Assembly (NCBI GenBank): GCA_977862235.1
Contig: OZ374561.1
Coordinates: 2,232,001-2,296,000 of the forward strand
Direction: 5' to 3'
DNA from: Dudresnaya verticillata
Lineage: Eukaryota
DNA: 64,000 nt
Positions 45,680-57,327 of the stretch are shown here, one piece after another. Under the pieces are notes generated by a model. It was not told the DNA's origin. It searched no databases and saw only the letters and a list, made by a program, of their open reading frames with translations. Positions within the stretch are counted from its first letter, which is position 1. Every line of letters begins with the position of its first letter. Position numbers and translations under genes: made by a program.

Positions 45680-48019
45680 ATGTCTCACGCTCCGAGTCGT
45701 CCCGATTCGCCGGTACCGAAACCCGACGACGTACCGATTCCGGAGCTCCCGTTGTTCGACTCGAACGCGAGTGACCGAGAACCGTTTTCTCACACTCGCG
45801 CTTCACGAATAACGGTACCCGATCTTCGCACAGACTCGCGTTCGCAGGCTCACGGGAGCCAGTTCGACCTTTCGTATTGTGGCATAGCTGTAAGACCAGC
45901 TGTGCCACGCACGCGAAGCTGTAAGACCAGCTGCGCCACGTGTGCACTGCTGTGCGCACGCTGTCAGCCGGTGGCGCCGAAGCCCCGCTGAACTGTAAGG
46001 AAGTGCGCAGTGGCACGCGAAGCTGTAAGACCAGCTGCGCCACGTGTGCACTACTGTGCGCACGTTGCCAGCCTGTGGCGCTGAAGCCCCGCTGAACTGT
46101 AAGGGAGTGCGCAGTGGCGCCCACGTGTGCACGCGTTCGCGTGTGACACTGAAACTCCCATGTAATTTCTACATTTATTGTTTTGTAGTGTACAGCACCG
46201 TCTAGTGTAAGCGGCGGTCGAACGCCCTGCTGTCCTGCGCGCTGTGCGCACGCACTCCGGCGCAGAGCCGTTGAGTGCGTGACACGCGCGCGCGCACTCC
46301 GGCGTCGAGCCGTTGAGTACGTGTGGACCGTTCCACCTACGCGCGCCCCCGGGTTACCGTTACCCGTACGCGTCGACGCGTGTTGGGGCGCGCCGGCGCA
46401 TCTCCCGGGTTGGTGCCGCCGCAGGCCCTGTAGTATATCTAGTAGTCGCCCCTCTCGGCTTCAGTAAACCAGGCAAGCCAGCCTACGCCTGGCTTTCCCT
46501 TTCTGCTTTGGGTTTCTTTCCCAGTCCTTCGCCCTACGGCTTCCCTCTTTCCCTAGCCGCCTAGGCTTTCCTTTTCCTTTCCCTACCGTCGGCTTCGTGC
46601 CGCCCCACTACTGGGACGCAGGGATCCGGCCGCTGCCGCCCGCGTACGGTACGCCCCGTGCGCGCTCAGGCTTCGACGCCGTTGATCCGCGACCGTCGAC
46701 GGCGCACGCGGCCGACACCACCGCTCTACCACCACAGCTACTACCCTTCGACGGGTCTGGGTGCGACTGATCGACCAGCGCAGCTAGACGTCAGTTCGAC
46801 CTGACGTCTATGCCACACGAATACGTACACTGCGTTGGAAATCGTTCCCTCGGATACCGTCGATCGACTCTTCTCGATGAAGGAAGTCTCCGGTGCAGAA
46901 CTACGTTTACTCTACGAAGAGTTCATCGACGCGCTTTCCACTGCGTACCGTATCACGCAGCTCTCAACTCGTAATACGCATAATCGAGTTCACGCAGAGT
47001 TCGACAATCTCCGCGCTGGCAAGGTCCGTAGGATCGAAGACTCACTCGAGAGTCTCCGGGATCTCGTCTCGGGAGTCAGCAACCGGTTTCTCGTGCTCGA
47101 GCGCAACGTATCCGCCCTAGTGGGCAAGGAGAGTCACTCGCCTCCCGTTCGCAGCTCGCACGCATTCTCGGAGGAACAGTTGAACGCTATTCGTGATATC
47201 GTGTCCGCCGCGTTACCGAAGGAAAAGACTCGAAGTCGCGAAGATCGTCCCGAAGCCCGTCCTGATCCCCGCAATTCGCCGCTAGTTCAACCCGTGCAAG
47301 GCCCGGGTGTCCAATCTACGTTACCGAAAAAGACGTTTCCGAATCAGTCTTCGCACCCTTTATCGCATCAGGCAAACGATGCCTCCGACAACCCCCGTAT
47401 CAACCCCGCAGTATTCCGAGCTTCCCTTCAACCACCGATGTCCCCCGGAGGACCCGTAATCGAAAATCCGTTATCGCTCGCGGGACCCGTGTCATCGTTC
47501 TGGCACTGGGGAACGCTCGAGCCGGGCGTCGAACCGATACCGACGCTCATCCCCGAATTCGCACGGGCCGTAAGCTATCGATCATATCGACTCACAAATT
47601 TGTCACCTCGGGATAATCAACACGAAGTCTTCCGAGGTAACAAGTCGAAAACCGTTTCCCGCATGCGTTCGATGATGCCGAGACTCGAGAAGTTTACGGG
47701 ACGCGACCCGATTAAGGTTCTCGCATTTCTTCGTGATATTCGACAAGCGCTGAACGGAGTCGGGCTCACCGAAGGAGCAGCAATTCGAACGATTTCGTGG
47801 TTCCTCGACGAGACCGCGCTCAAGGTTTATCAACACTATGCCTTCGGAGGCGTTCGTACTGGCAACCCGGTTTGCTGGTCCGCTATCGTGAACGTATTGC
47901 TACAACGATTTCTCACGGAAGACGTAATCGCTGACGCACACGATCGCGTGATTACCGCGAAGCAGAAGTCCGAAGAAACCGAGATGGAATTCGCGACTCG
48001 TCTAGAAGGCTAGGCAGAT
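45680..48019 (+). pseudogene. gag of element D, interrupted by a solo LTR (45878-46817) and truncated by element C
   Basis: Removing the solo LTR and one TSD copy joins FDLSY|TYTALEIVPSD in frame. Clearly homologous to gag of C (GPVSSFWHWG, FARAVSYRSYRL, FTGRDPIKVL, TAKQ..EFATRL). Confidence 0.88.
45878..46817 (+). mobile_element. Solo LTR (940 bp) related to the element C LTR, with an ~100-bp internal tandem duplication
   Basis: Perfect IR TGTGGCATAG...CTATGCCACA; TSD CGTAT/CGAAT (4 of 5). Shares blocks such as GGGATCCGGCCGCTGCC and TACGCCCCGTGCGCGCTC with 48020-48793. Confidence 0.88.
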
Positions 48020-48793
48020 TGTAGTATAGCTGTCAGCACACTATCAGCAGCGGCTGTAAGGTATGCTGGCAGCGCCGCACTGTAATGGTGCACACGATGA
48101 CGCCCGCTGGCGAGTCGTGGTTGGGCAGCGTGCCCTTAGTTTTTTCGTTGAATTAGTAGCGGTCGACCGCATTGCTGCCGGCAGCGGCCACGCGCCGTGC
48201 CGCACACGGCGCGCCCCTGTGACGCTCTCCGGCATCGAGCCGTTGAGAGGGCCGCTGCCCGTTACGCCCCGCGCGCGCCCACGGGTAACCGTTACCCGGA
48301 CGTGTCGACACGTGTATGGGCGCGCGCTCGCACACCTCCCGCGTTGGTGTTGTGGGGTGCACCTACTGTAGAAGTAGTCGTAGTGCACATAGTGTAGGGT
48401 ATTTAAGACCGTCGGCCATCGACGGCTCAGTAAACCGGGCAAGTAACAGCTCGCGCTGAGGCTTGCCCCCAGCCTTTTCGGGTTCGATCCCTTTGCCTTA
48501 CGCCAGCGGGCGGTTTCCCTTTTCCCCCTTGCCTCGCTAGGCTTTCCCCTTTCCTTTTCCTTTCCGTCGGCTTCGTGCCGCCCTTCGACAGGGACGCTGG
48601 GATCCGGCCGCTGCCTACCCGCGTACAGTACGCCCCGTGCGCGCTCCGGCATCGACGCCGTCGATCCGCACCTGCGGGGCGCACGCGCCCGACACCGCTC
48701 TACCAACCCCAACAGCTACCCATCGACGGGTCTGTGTGGCGGCTTCGGACCGGCAAGTATCAGACGTCGGATCGATCCGACGTCTATACTACA
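48020..48793 (+). repeat. 5' LTR of Gypsy element C (774 bp)
   Basis: Perfect IR TGTAGTATAG...CTATACTACA, followed by the PBS; interrupts gag of D. Confidence 0.92.
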
Positions 48794-48794
48794 C

Positions 48795-48812
48795 TGGTCT
48801 CCCGACCTAGAA
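48795..48812 (+). other. PBS TGGTCTCCCGACCTAGAA of element C
   Basis: 1 nt after the LTR-terminal CA. Confidence 0.88.
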
Positions 48813-48860
48813 GTCGTCGAGACCCAAGTACTTCTCGCATCGACGCGATCGAAGTAAAGG

Positions 48861-51292
48861 ATGTCGAGTCCTTCTGACCCGGCCGCTGCCGCATCGGCCG
48901 CTGCCGGAAAAGTTGAGGACGCGACGCGTCGCACCTCAATACTGAGTACCATCGGCGTCTCAGGTACTCCTCTACACGATGTGAGGCTCGAGCGGAGGGC
49001 CGCGCTGCAAAAGGCCCTCGCCGGGAGTCTGGTCTCGGTGGCCGACCTCCAGCTGCTGTATGAGGAGACCATGGACTCGCTAGCCGAGGTGTACGACCAC
49101 CTTACAGCTTCAATAGCTGCGGCGAAGGCCGACGGCCAGCAAGACCTGGACACGCTTCGACGCGGTCCTTTGGCGTCCATCGAGGACGGAATAACCCGGT
49201 CACAGGGGCTCCTCGATGAGCTACGCCGCCGCGTTGAGTTGATAGAGTGCGCGCCGACGCGGCAACGCCAGCGGGCTACGGGCCCGTCGTCGGCGCAGCG
49301 CTCTCCGCCGCGACCGCAGTCACCAGCGGGTGCAGTTCAAGAATTGGCCACTGCCATACTTGCCGAGCAACGAGCTCGATATCGCTTTCCTTCACTACCG
49401 CCATCTCCACCGAGGAGTGCGGCGGGGTCGCACCATCCGAGTGGGGACCCCAATCCGTTCTACGCGGTCGACCCCAGGTTGCTCCAACAAGCCCTCGACG
49501 GGCAAAACACAAATGGGGGACCGACCCCCCAACAGCACGAGGGCCCCGTCTCTGCCTATTGGCATTGGGGCCCACTCATGGCAGGCATCGAGCCTTTAAC
49601 CACGTTGGTGCCAGAGTTCGCTAAGGCGATCGACTACCGCTCGTACCGTCTCGATGACGTAGATCAGCGGGACAATCAACAGCAGGTATGCAGCGGCAAT
49701 ACTGCGAAGATTGTCAGCCGCATGAAGGCCCTGATGCCCCGGCTCGACCGGTTCGACGGCAAGGAGCCTATCCGCCTGCTAGGTGTGCTTCAACAGCTAC
49801 GCCAAGCATTCAATGGCGTTGGACTATCCGAAGGCGCAGCGGCGCGTGTGGTGTCCTGGTTCCTCGATGGAACCGCGTCAAAGGTGTACGCGAGTCACCT
49901 GTCCTCTGGGGTGCGCACAACGCAGCGCGGCACCCCACCCTGCTGGGCCTCGGTGGTCAATACCCTCGTCGAGAGGTTCGTCACGGACGACGTCATCGCA
50001 GACCCCCATGACCGGCTGACCACCGCCAAGCAGAGGGACGCCGAGTCCGAGCTTGAGTTCGCTACTCGCCTCAAAGGGTATGCGGACGCCTGCGCCGGTG
50101 TGTACTCCGATGAGAACTTGACGCATCCGTTCCTTCGGGGCCTGCTGCCCACGACAAGACCCGCAGTGGCGGAGAAGGTCAGGCAGCTGCCTATGGTCGA
50201 ACAGACCAATTTTAGTACCGTTCGTCGGATTGCCCATAGCGAGGGCACAACCTACCGCGCCCGTTCGGCAAAGGCAGCGCAGCCTACGAACACCTCAGGG
50301 CGCGACAGGTCAGGTGGCAGCTCGGCAAGCGGCCGTACACTGCTCATCGAGGGCCCACCAAGCTATCCCAGCGGGGACGTTACTATCGACAACACAATGC
50401 TGGCACAATGCTGGTGGACCCTGACGCCGACGGGTTCGAACCCGTGATGGTCGCACCCGAGCTATCGACAGCCGGGCCGAGGCCGTTGAGATCCTCGACA
50501 TTACAGGACGCATCGACGCGGTCCTACCCAAGCGCATACCACCGCTCACTCCAACGCAGGAGGCGATGGCACGCGCAGTCATCCCTGATTGACAGGGATG
50601 GTACATCTGCTAGTTCTGCCGTGAGGTCGGTCACATCATGTATTCGTGCCCGTACCTCACGAAGGAACAGCAGGCATACTGCGCGTATGCGACCTGCAAC
50701 CATCGAATGGAAACGCAGCCGCATTCGCGCAATATGCTCCAACAGCTCATCGAAGGGCGCGCGCCAGCGGGCGCAAGGACAAGGAACCCCGCACGGCGCT
50801 ACGACGCGCCGCGGGGTGGGAACCGACGCTTCGACGCGAGAGGTCCCCCGCAGCGCATGGGCGCACCAAGGTACCGCGGAGAGCCACAGGGGTACCGCGG
50901 GGATCGTCGAGACCCACGCCGCGAGTACCGCCAAGGCGACGCACCACGGTTCCTGCTGCGCGATAAGCGGGTCGGCTTTGATGAGCCCGCCGGCCGTCAA
51001 CCTCAGGCATCGACCTCCGAGGGCTGACCCGCGCCGCGAACTGCTTCGAGCAGTTATGACGGTGCAGGAGCACACAGGCCTCACCACCGACGAGTGGCTT
51101 CCGCAAGCGCTCGATGCGCGACACAAGGGAGAAACAGCCAGCGGGCAGGGAAGCGATTCCCCTCTCCTTTTTGACACGCCTCCGCGATTGACGCGAGGCG
51201 CCTCAGGGGTTACGAAACACCCAATCGGAATCGAGTACGAAAGTTCGGATTCCGAGGATAATTCTGACCGGGTCGATCCGGAAAAAGAATAA
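48861..51292 (+). pseudogene. gag of element C (frameshifted), with zinc knuckle
   Basis: 528-aa ORF with capsid-like motifs. C*FCREVGHIMYSC knuckle near 50608-50650 and an RG-rich tail in other frames. Confidence 0.85.
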
Positions 51293-51306
51293 AGGCGGCG
51301 CCGCTC

Positions 51307-54300
51307 GTGCGGTCGCGCGCATCGTCTTGTCCAACACCAGACCCACCATCCCTTCCACCTTCGACGGCGTTGGGGGCAGCGAGCCCCCACGTCGGGCGCA
51401 GCGGCGCTTCGAAGGACACGAGCGACGTCCCGGTCGACGGGACGTCGTGGGCGGCGCGTACCAAACCGTCCTGGCCGCCGCGGCGTCGACGCAAGCGACA
51501 GGCCAGGCGGAAAGGGCGCAGCTCCCCAACGGCGGGGCAGGCGGTACCCGAAGCTCGACGCGAGGGTACCGGGGTTCCATGCATCGACGCAGAGCCGGCC
51601 ACTACCCCCGATGGGTACGTGTGCCTCCTGTCCTCCGAGATTTACCGAGTGTCCGTGTCCCTCGGTGCGGACCCGCGGGTTATGATATCCCACACCATCG
51701 CGGTGGACACCGGCTCCGGGTACAACCTCATCGCTCGAGGTGCCCTGCCCGCAGGCTGGGAGAAAAACACGTCAGAGATCGATTCCGCGCCACGCCTGGC
51801 AGGCGCCGACAAGACTCCGCTGAGGCTGTCCGGCGTCGTCCACCTCTTGATGAGGTTGGGGAACACGACGTTCCGCATGCCTTTCATCGTCGCCGAAACG
51901 CTCGCGGTCGACGTACTGATAGGCACGCAGTTTATCAACGCGCACGTGCGCGGAATCGACGTCGAGTTGAGAAGGCTGACGCTGAGGAAAGGAGGCTCGG
52001 TGCCCATCCTCAGCCGCAGGAACCCTAGCGAGGGAACCGGTCCGGCAACGCAGCCGAAGAACCCATCGAAGGGTTTGTCGAAGAAGCACAAGCGGGAGCT
52101 CCTCGATTGGGATCACGATACCCACACCATACGCCTCGCTAGGCAGGTGGTTGTCCCAGCCTACTCGCAGAGGCTCGTCTCGGTGACGTCGGGGGCTAGT
52201 GGGTTAATCCACACGGAGCCCAAACCCTCGTTGCAGTTCCGCCACGGCGTGAGACTGACCAACGGGGTGCACGACATCGAGTCGGGGCGACCCTTCGGGT
52301 TTATCTTGGGCAACTGGACGGACAAAGCCCGGACCCTACCGAAGGGTACCGTCATCGGATACGCAGCTCGAAACCCGCTCGCGATCTTGACACCCGATCG
52401 CGAAGTCGCGGATTCGTTTTCCAAGGTGCTCAAAATCTCCACGTTACGTGAGCACGACGACTCGAAGTCACCCCAAGAATCCGTATCCACGAAGGAAAAA
52501 CCTCTTACGAAGGGCGCCGCGACGGCAGCAGCCGAAGCCAATTCGAGTTCCCGCGATTGGAAAGAACGCGTAGACCTTCGAACATACCCGATGAAACTAT
52601 GCGAAACGAGGTCCTCGAGATGCTACGTAAGCACGAATCGATGTGGAACGGAGACCTCACGATCACAGCCACGGAGCATCGGATCGATCTACAACCCGGG
52701 ACTCGCCCTATTCGTTCGATGCCCTACCGTCAAGGGCCCGCAATACGTGAAATCGTCCGTAACGAGATCGACAGTATGCTCGAAGCCGGAGTAATCGAAT
52801 CAGCCACCTCGGAGTGGGCGTCCCCCGTAGTCCTCGCACCGAAGAAAGACGGAACACTTTTTTTTGCGTAGATTACCGAAGATTCAATACGAAGACACTA
52901 TCCGAGGCGTACCCGCTTCCCCGGATGGAAGATTGTATCGATTCACTCGGAGACGCTTCGATTTTCTCGACACTCGATTGTGACAGCGGATACTGGCAGA
53001 TTCCGGTTGCCCCCGAAGACCACGATAAGACTACGTTTACTTCGTTTCTCGGAACTTATCGTTATCTTCGTATGCCCTTCGGTTTGAAATACGCGCCCGC
53101 TACGTTTCAACGTGCACTCGATATCATTCTATCCGGAGTCCGTTGGCAGTGCTGTCTCGTCTACCTCGATGACGTGATCGTTTTCTCCGCGAATCTTCGA
53201 GAACACATCGCGCATCTCGATCAAGTCCTCACGCTACTTCGTAATTCCGGGGTTTCCCTCAAAATAAAGAAGTGCTTCCTTTTCCGCAAGCGAGTCGACT
53301 ATCTCGGACACGTAATTTCCCCGGGGAAGCTTAGTATGGCTGAGAAGAGCTCCGAGGCATTCCGATACGCGAAGTTCCCGAAGACCCTCACGCAAGTCCG
53401 TTCGTTCCTCGGCGCGTGTAACGTATACCGAAGATTCGTGAAAGACTTCGCGAAAATTGCGCGCCCGTTGACGAACATGACACGAAAAGACGCGGATCCT
53501 GACTACGAGAATCCCACGGAGGATCAGGTTACCGAATTCGAAACGTTCAAACGGAAGCTGGTGTCACCGCCGATACCCCGGTTACTGCAACTCGGGAAAC
53601 GCAACATCATCGATACGGACGCGTCTGCGTATCGACTCGGGTGCGCGTTGCTACAGGAGCAAGATAAAGAAGAGTTCCAACCGGTGGGCTACTGGTCTTA
53701 TTCGTTAAACGATGCCGAGAAGAACTACTCCGCAACCGAGCGCGAATGCTACGCAGCCGTATGGGCGGTTACTTCGTTAGTCCGTATATCGAAGGGACCC
53801 GGTTCACCGTACGTACGGACCACGACGCACTCCGCTGGCTTCTTTCTCTCACTGATTCGTCCGGGCGACTCACGCGATGGCGGCTGCGCTTAGCCGAATT
53901 CGACTTCGAAATCGTGCATCGCCCCGGTCGCGTCCATCAGATTCCCGTTGCCCTCTCACGATTGCTACTTCCGCATCGCGAACACCCCGCAATCGACGAC
54001 GAAGTGCCTCCGTTTGACTCGGATCACAACGCCGCAAAGCACGAAGCAAGCTTCCCAAACGACGTCGCGAAAACTATCGAAAACGCAAGAGACCCGGTTC
54101 TCATCACTACGAGATCTCTCAAACTTCAAACGAACGTTACCGCGATTCGCCACGACTCCACGCAGACGACCACGCCCGCAACACGGGTAATTCGAGGCGG
54201 CACTACGCAAAGACCCACGGAGGTCCCGAAAAATAACGCAGGTCACCATCCGCAAAGCCGCGAAGGCTGCACCCACGCACAAGACGAAGCACTACGTGAG

Positions 54301-55995
54301 GAATACGCAGGACAAAACGAGGTCTACGATGACTGCGATTTATGGGACGATATCGATGACGAGGATCCCTTTGACCTTTATCGAATCGACCCTAACGAAG
54401 AACCGCGTAACCTAACCGATGTCAAGCCCGTAGACATACCCGCGCCGATTACTGTATCCGAGATCCTCGAGGGACAGCGTATTGATTCATTCTGCCAAAC
54501 GGTGCAAGCACGACAATCGAAAACAAAGGATAGTGTCTTTCACGAAGATGGAGACGGTCTCCTGCGACGAACGTATCCGACAATTCCGAACTTAACGCAG
54601 ATCTTATTGCCCGAAACGCTCCGACCCCGGTTACTTACGCTAGCGCACCATTCGTTACTCGCTGGCCACCCGGGGCAGAATCGAATGTTCTACTCATCTC
54701 GTGAAACGTATTACTGGTCTTACATGTCTGCCGATATCGCATCTACGGTCCGAAGTTGCAAGCACTGCGCACGAAATCGGATTCGCTTACGAAGGAACCT
54801 TCATCGCTTGAAGCTCTCCCCAGCTACGCGCCCACTCGAATCGGTCGCGATTGACATCTTAGGCCCGTTTGCCACGTACGAAAGCCGGACGCAAGTTCAT
54901 CCTCGTGATTATGGATCAATTTACGAAGTGACCCAGGTGGCCACACTACGAGTAATAACCGCGTATCACGTGGCCGTTGCCTTTTGCGAAGTTTGGATAT
55001 TCAAGTATGGACCGCCAGCCTCGGTGCTCTCGGATAACGGGAAACAGTTTACTTCGAAGTTCTTTCAGGGCGTCTGACGCTTACTCGGGTTATCGAACGA
55101 GTTCACCTCCGCATATCATCCGCAAACGAATGGACAAACCGAACGATATAACCGGACTATCCTCGCGATGCTTCGTAACTACGTGAACGACCACCAAATC
55201 GATTGGGTCCGCTACGTCTCCGCGTTAACGTCTTCGTACAATTGCCACGTTCATCGGTCTACGAAGACAACTCCGTTCAATCTCGTTTTATCGCGACCGC
55301 CGCCCGAATTCACCGTGAAGCATCGCTCCCGTAAGCACCGACCGAAACCTACGGAGGACATTCGAAACGATTTCATTAAACGACTCGATGTCGCAATCAC
55401 CTCAGCAAGAGCTTCGTTACAACGTGTGCAAAACCGATACAAGCGCGACTTCGACAAAGGCATCCGACGGACGAAGAGTCGCGTCAAACCCGGATACTAC
55501 GTGTTCCTCGATACCCACGATGGGAAAACGAAACTTCCGAAGTTGAAATCCCCCGCGGAGGGGCCGTACAAAGTGCTCTTCAACGATACGCGTACACTCA
55601 TAATCGATCGCAAGGGCCTCGTTGAACGCGTCTCCGCGGACCGCTGCATCTACGCGCCACCACCTACGAATTCGCAAGCATCGATTACGCGATCCGAAGA
55701 GATAGCATAAAAGGTCAACGAAGGTCCCGAGTACGTGGTAGATCGTATCCTCGATCACTCCACCGACGAGGACGGGAAATTCGTGTTTCGTATCAAGTGG
55801 GACGGCTACGCGACACCTACGCGGGAACCTCGTACGCACGTGCCCGAAGAACTCGTTTCACGCTACTTGGCAAGGCTTCGAAGCCAAGCGGACCCGCGTG
55901 ATCCCGTGCTACTCGCCCACGAATGGCTCTCCGGCTGGGACCCCGAGTGGTTCCGTGGCCCCGACTTCGTGATCCGCAACCCGCAGCCCGAATAA
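51307..55995 (+). pseudogene. Gypsy pol (protease, dUTPase-like segment, RT, RNase H, integrase, chromodomain); C-type to ~52.4 kb, probably D-type thereafter
   Basis: VDTGSGYNLI, WASPVVLAPKKDG, LVYLDDVIVFS, DTDAS, VRTDH, AIDILGP, SDNGKQF, YHPQTNGQTERYN, chromodomain EYVVDRILDH..FRIKWDGY; multiple frameshifts. Confidence 0.93.
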
Positions 55996-57327
55996 CGCCT
56001 ACGCCCACTCGAGTTGCGCGGCACCCGAAGCTCTTTACACGAATGGCCCCGGCGCCCACTACGCTCTTGCATCACGTGCTGACTGCGCCAGCGCTCGATT
56101 GCCCCGGAGCATACGTTTGCATGGTACCGCTACGCGCCTCTCGTGAACCCCACTTCGTGATACTCGTCTCCGTCTTCCGCAACGCGCCTTCGTCGCGCAC
56201 GACCACAGCCCCGACACACACGGTTGCCTCGGAGCAGATGGCCACCACCACGCACATGGCGCTACCGCGGCTGCGCACTTCGCCCCGTGATCGCCGTCTT
56301 CGCTTCGCTAGACCCGCACCGGATTGCGTTCGCCGCCCCACTTCCCGGCCGCGCGCCGCACGACACCGAGGTCCTCGGAGACGACACGCCACCGCATCAA
56401 CGATACGCGATCACGAAGCCAATGCCTCCACGAAGTTGCGCTCCACGCCGTCGGGCGGTGTCGACCACCACCGCCCCAACTCAGCGCCCCTCGTGAAATC
56501 CGCAAAGGCGCACCGCGCGCACCCGGTTGCACCGCGGCTCTCGCATGACAGGAGCTGAAACCGCGACGGACGGACACGGTGACCTATAAGTAACTTGTCA
56601 TACGCGCCTGACGTCATACTTCGAGGCCGATGCCACCCGCAACGCGCACTTCGACTTCGCAACCCGCGCCTCACTTGCGACACGGAGCTTACCTGTTACG
56701 ACGCGCCTTCGCAATGAGCACGGAGTCCTCGTTGTCGCCAAGCGCAATCCTCTCGCATGGCCTCGGCTTCCCATTATGAATACGTTCCGCCCGCACCGAT
56801 GCGCCCCGAAGCAGCTCGTTCACGACAGCCCCGGATCTCACGCAACTTGCCCTGCGCGATCATCACAACACCCGCACAGATCTCCGAGGAGCGCGTATCC
56901 GCAACCCACCCCCCCAAGCACGTTGGCGCGGACGCCTTCGTCTTGAGGAGGGGGCCGTGCACGCATATCGCACGAAGTCTCGATGACTCAACTCCGCGAA
57001 GGAAACACGCGTAATATTATTATTAATCAACGTCACACGCATCACGAAAAACGAAGCCGTGCCACGAACAAGTCCAGATTCGCACACTTGAGCACGAAGC
57101 TCGTTTACGAGAAGCTACGAAGCTGAAGCTACGATGCTAACAACTACGTGACTATCACCACGAGGCAAAAGAAGAGTCGAGAAAGAAAAACGTTTACTCG
57201 AGACGATACCACGAGACCGAGACCCCGCCACCGTGAGCTCCGAGAACAAGGAGCTCGATACCGAAAACGAGAAACCACGCAGCTACGAAGCTAAAAGAGA
57301 ACGTCTCGGTTCTAACACTACGTACAA

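Noticed and set aside
44850..46130. Direct repeats with intervening sequence, superficially CRISPR-like
   Set aside because: Only 2-3 long imperfect units inside LTRs, eukaryotic context and no cas genes
50524..51693. 389-aa minus-strand ORF opposite C gag/pro
   Set aside because: Arg/Pro/Gly-rich shadow frame of GC-rich coding DNA with no counterpart in the other elements
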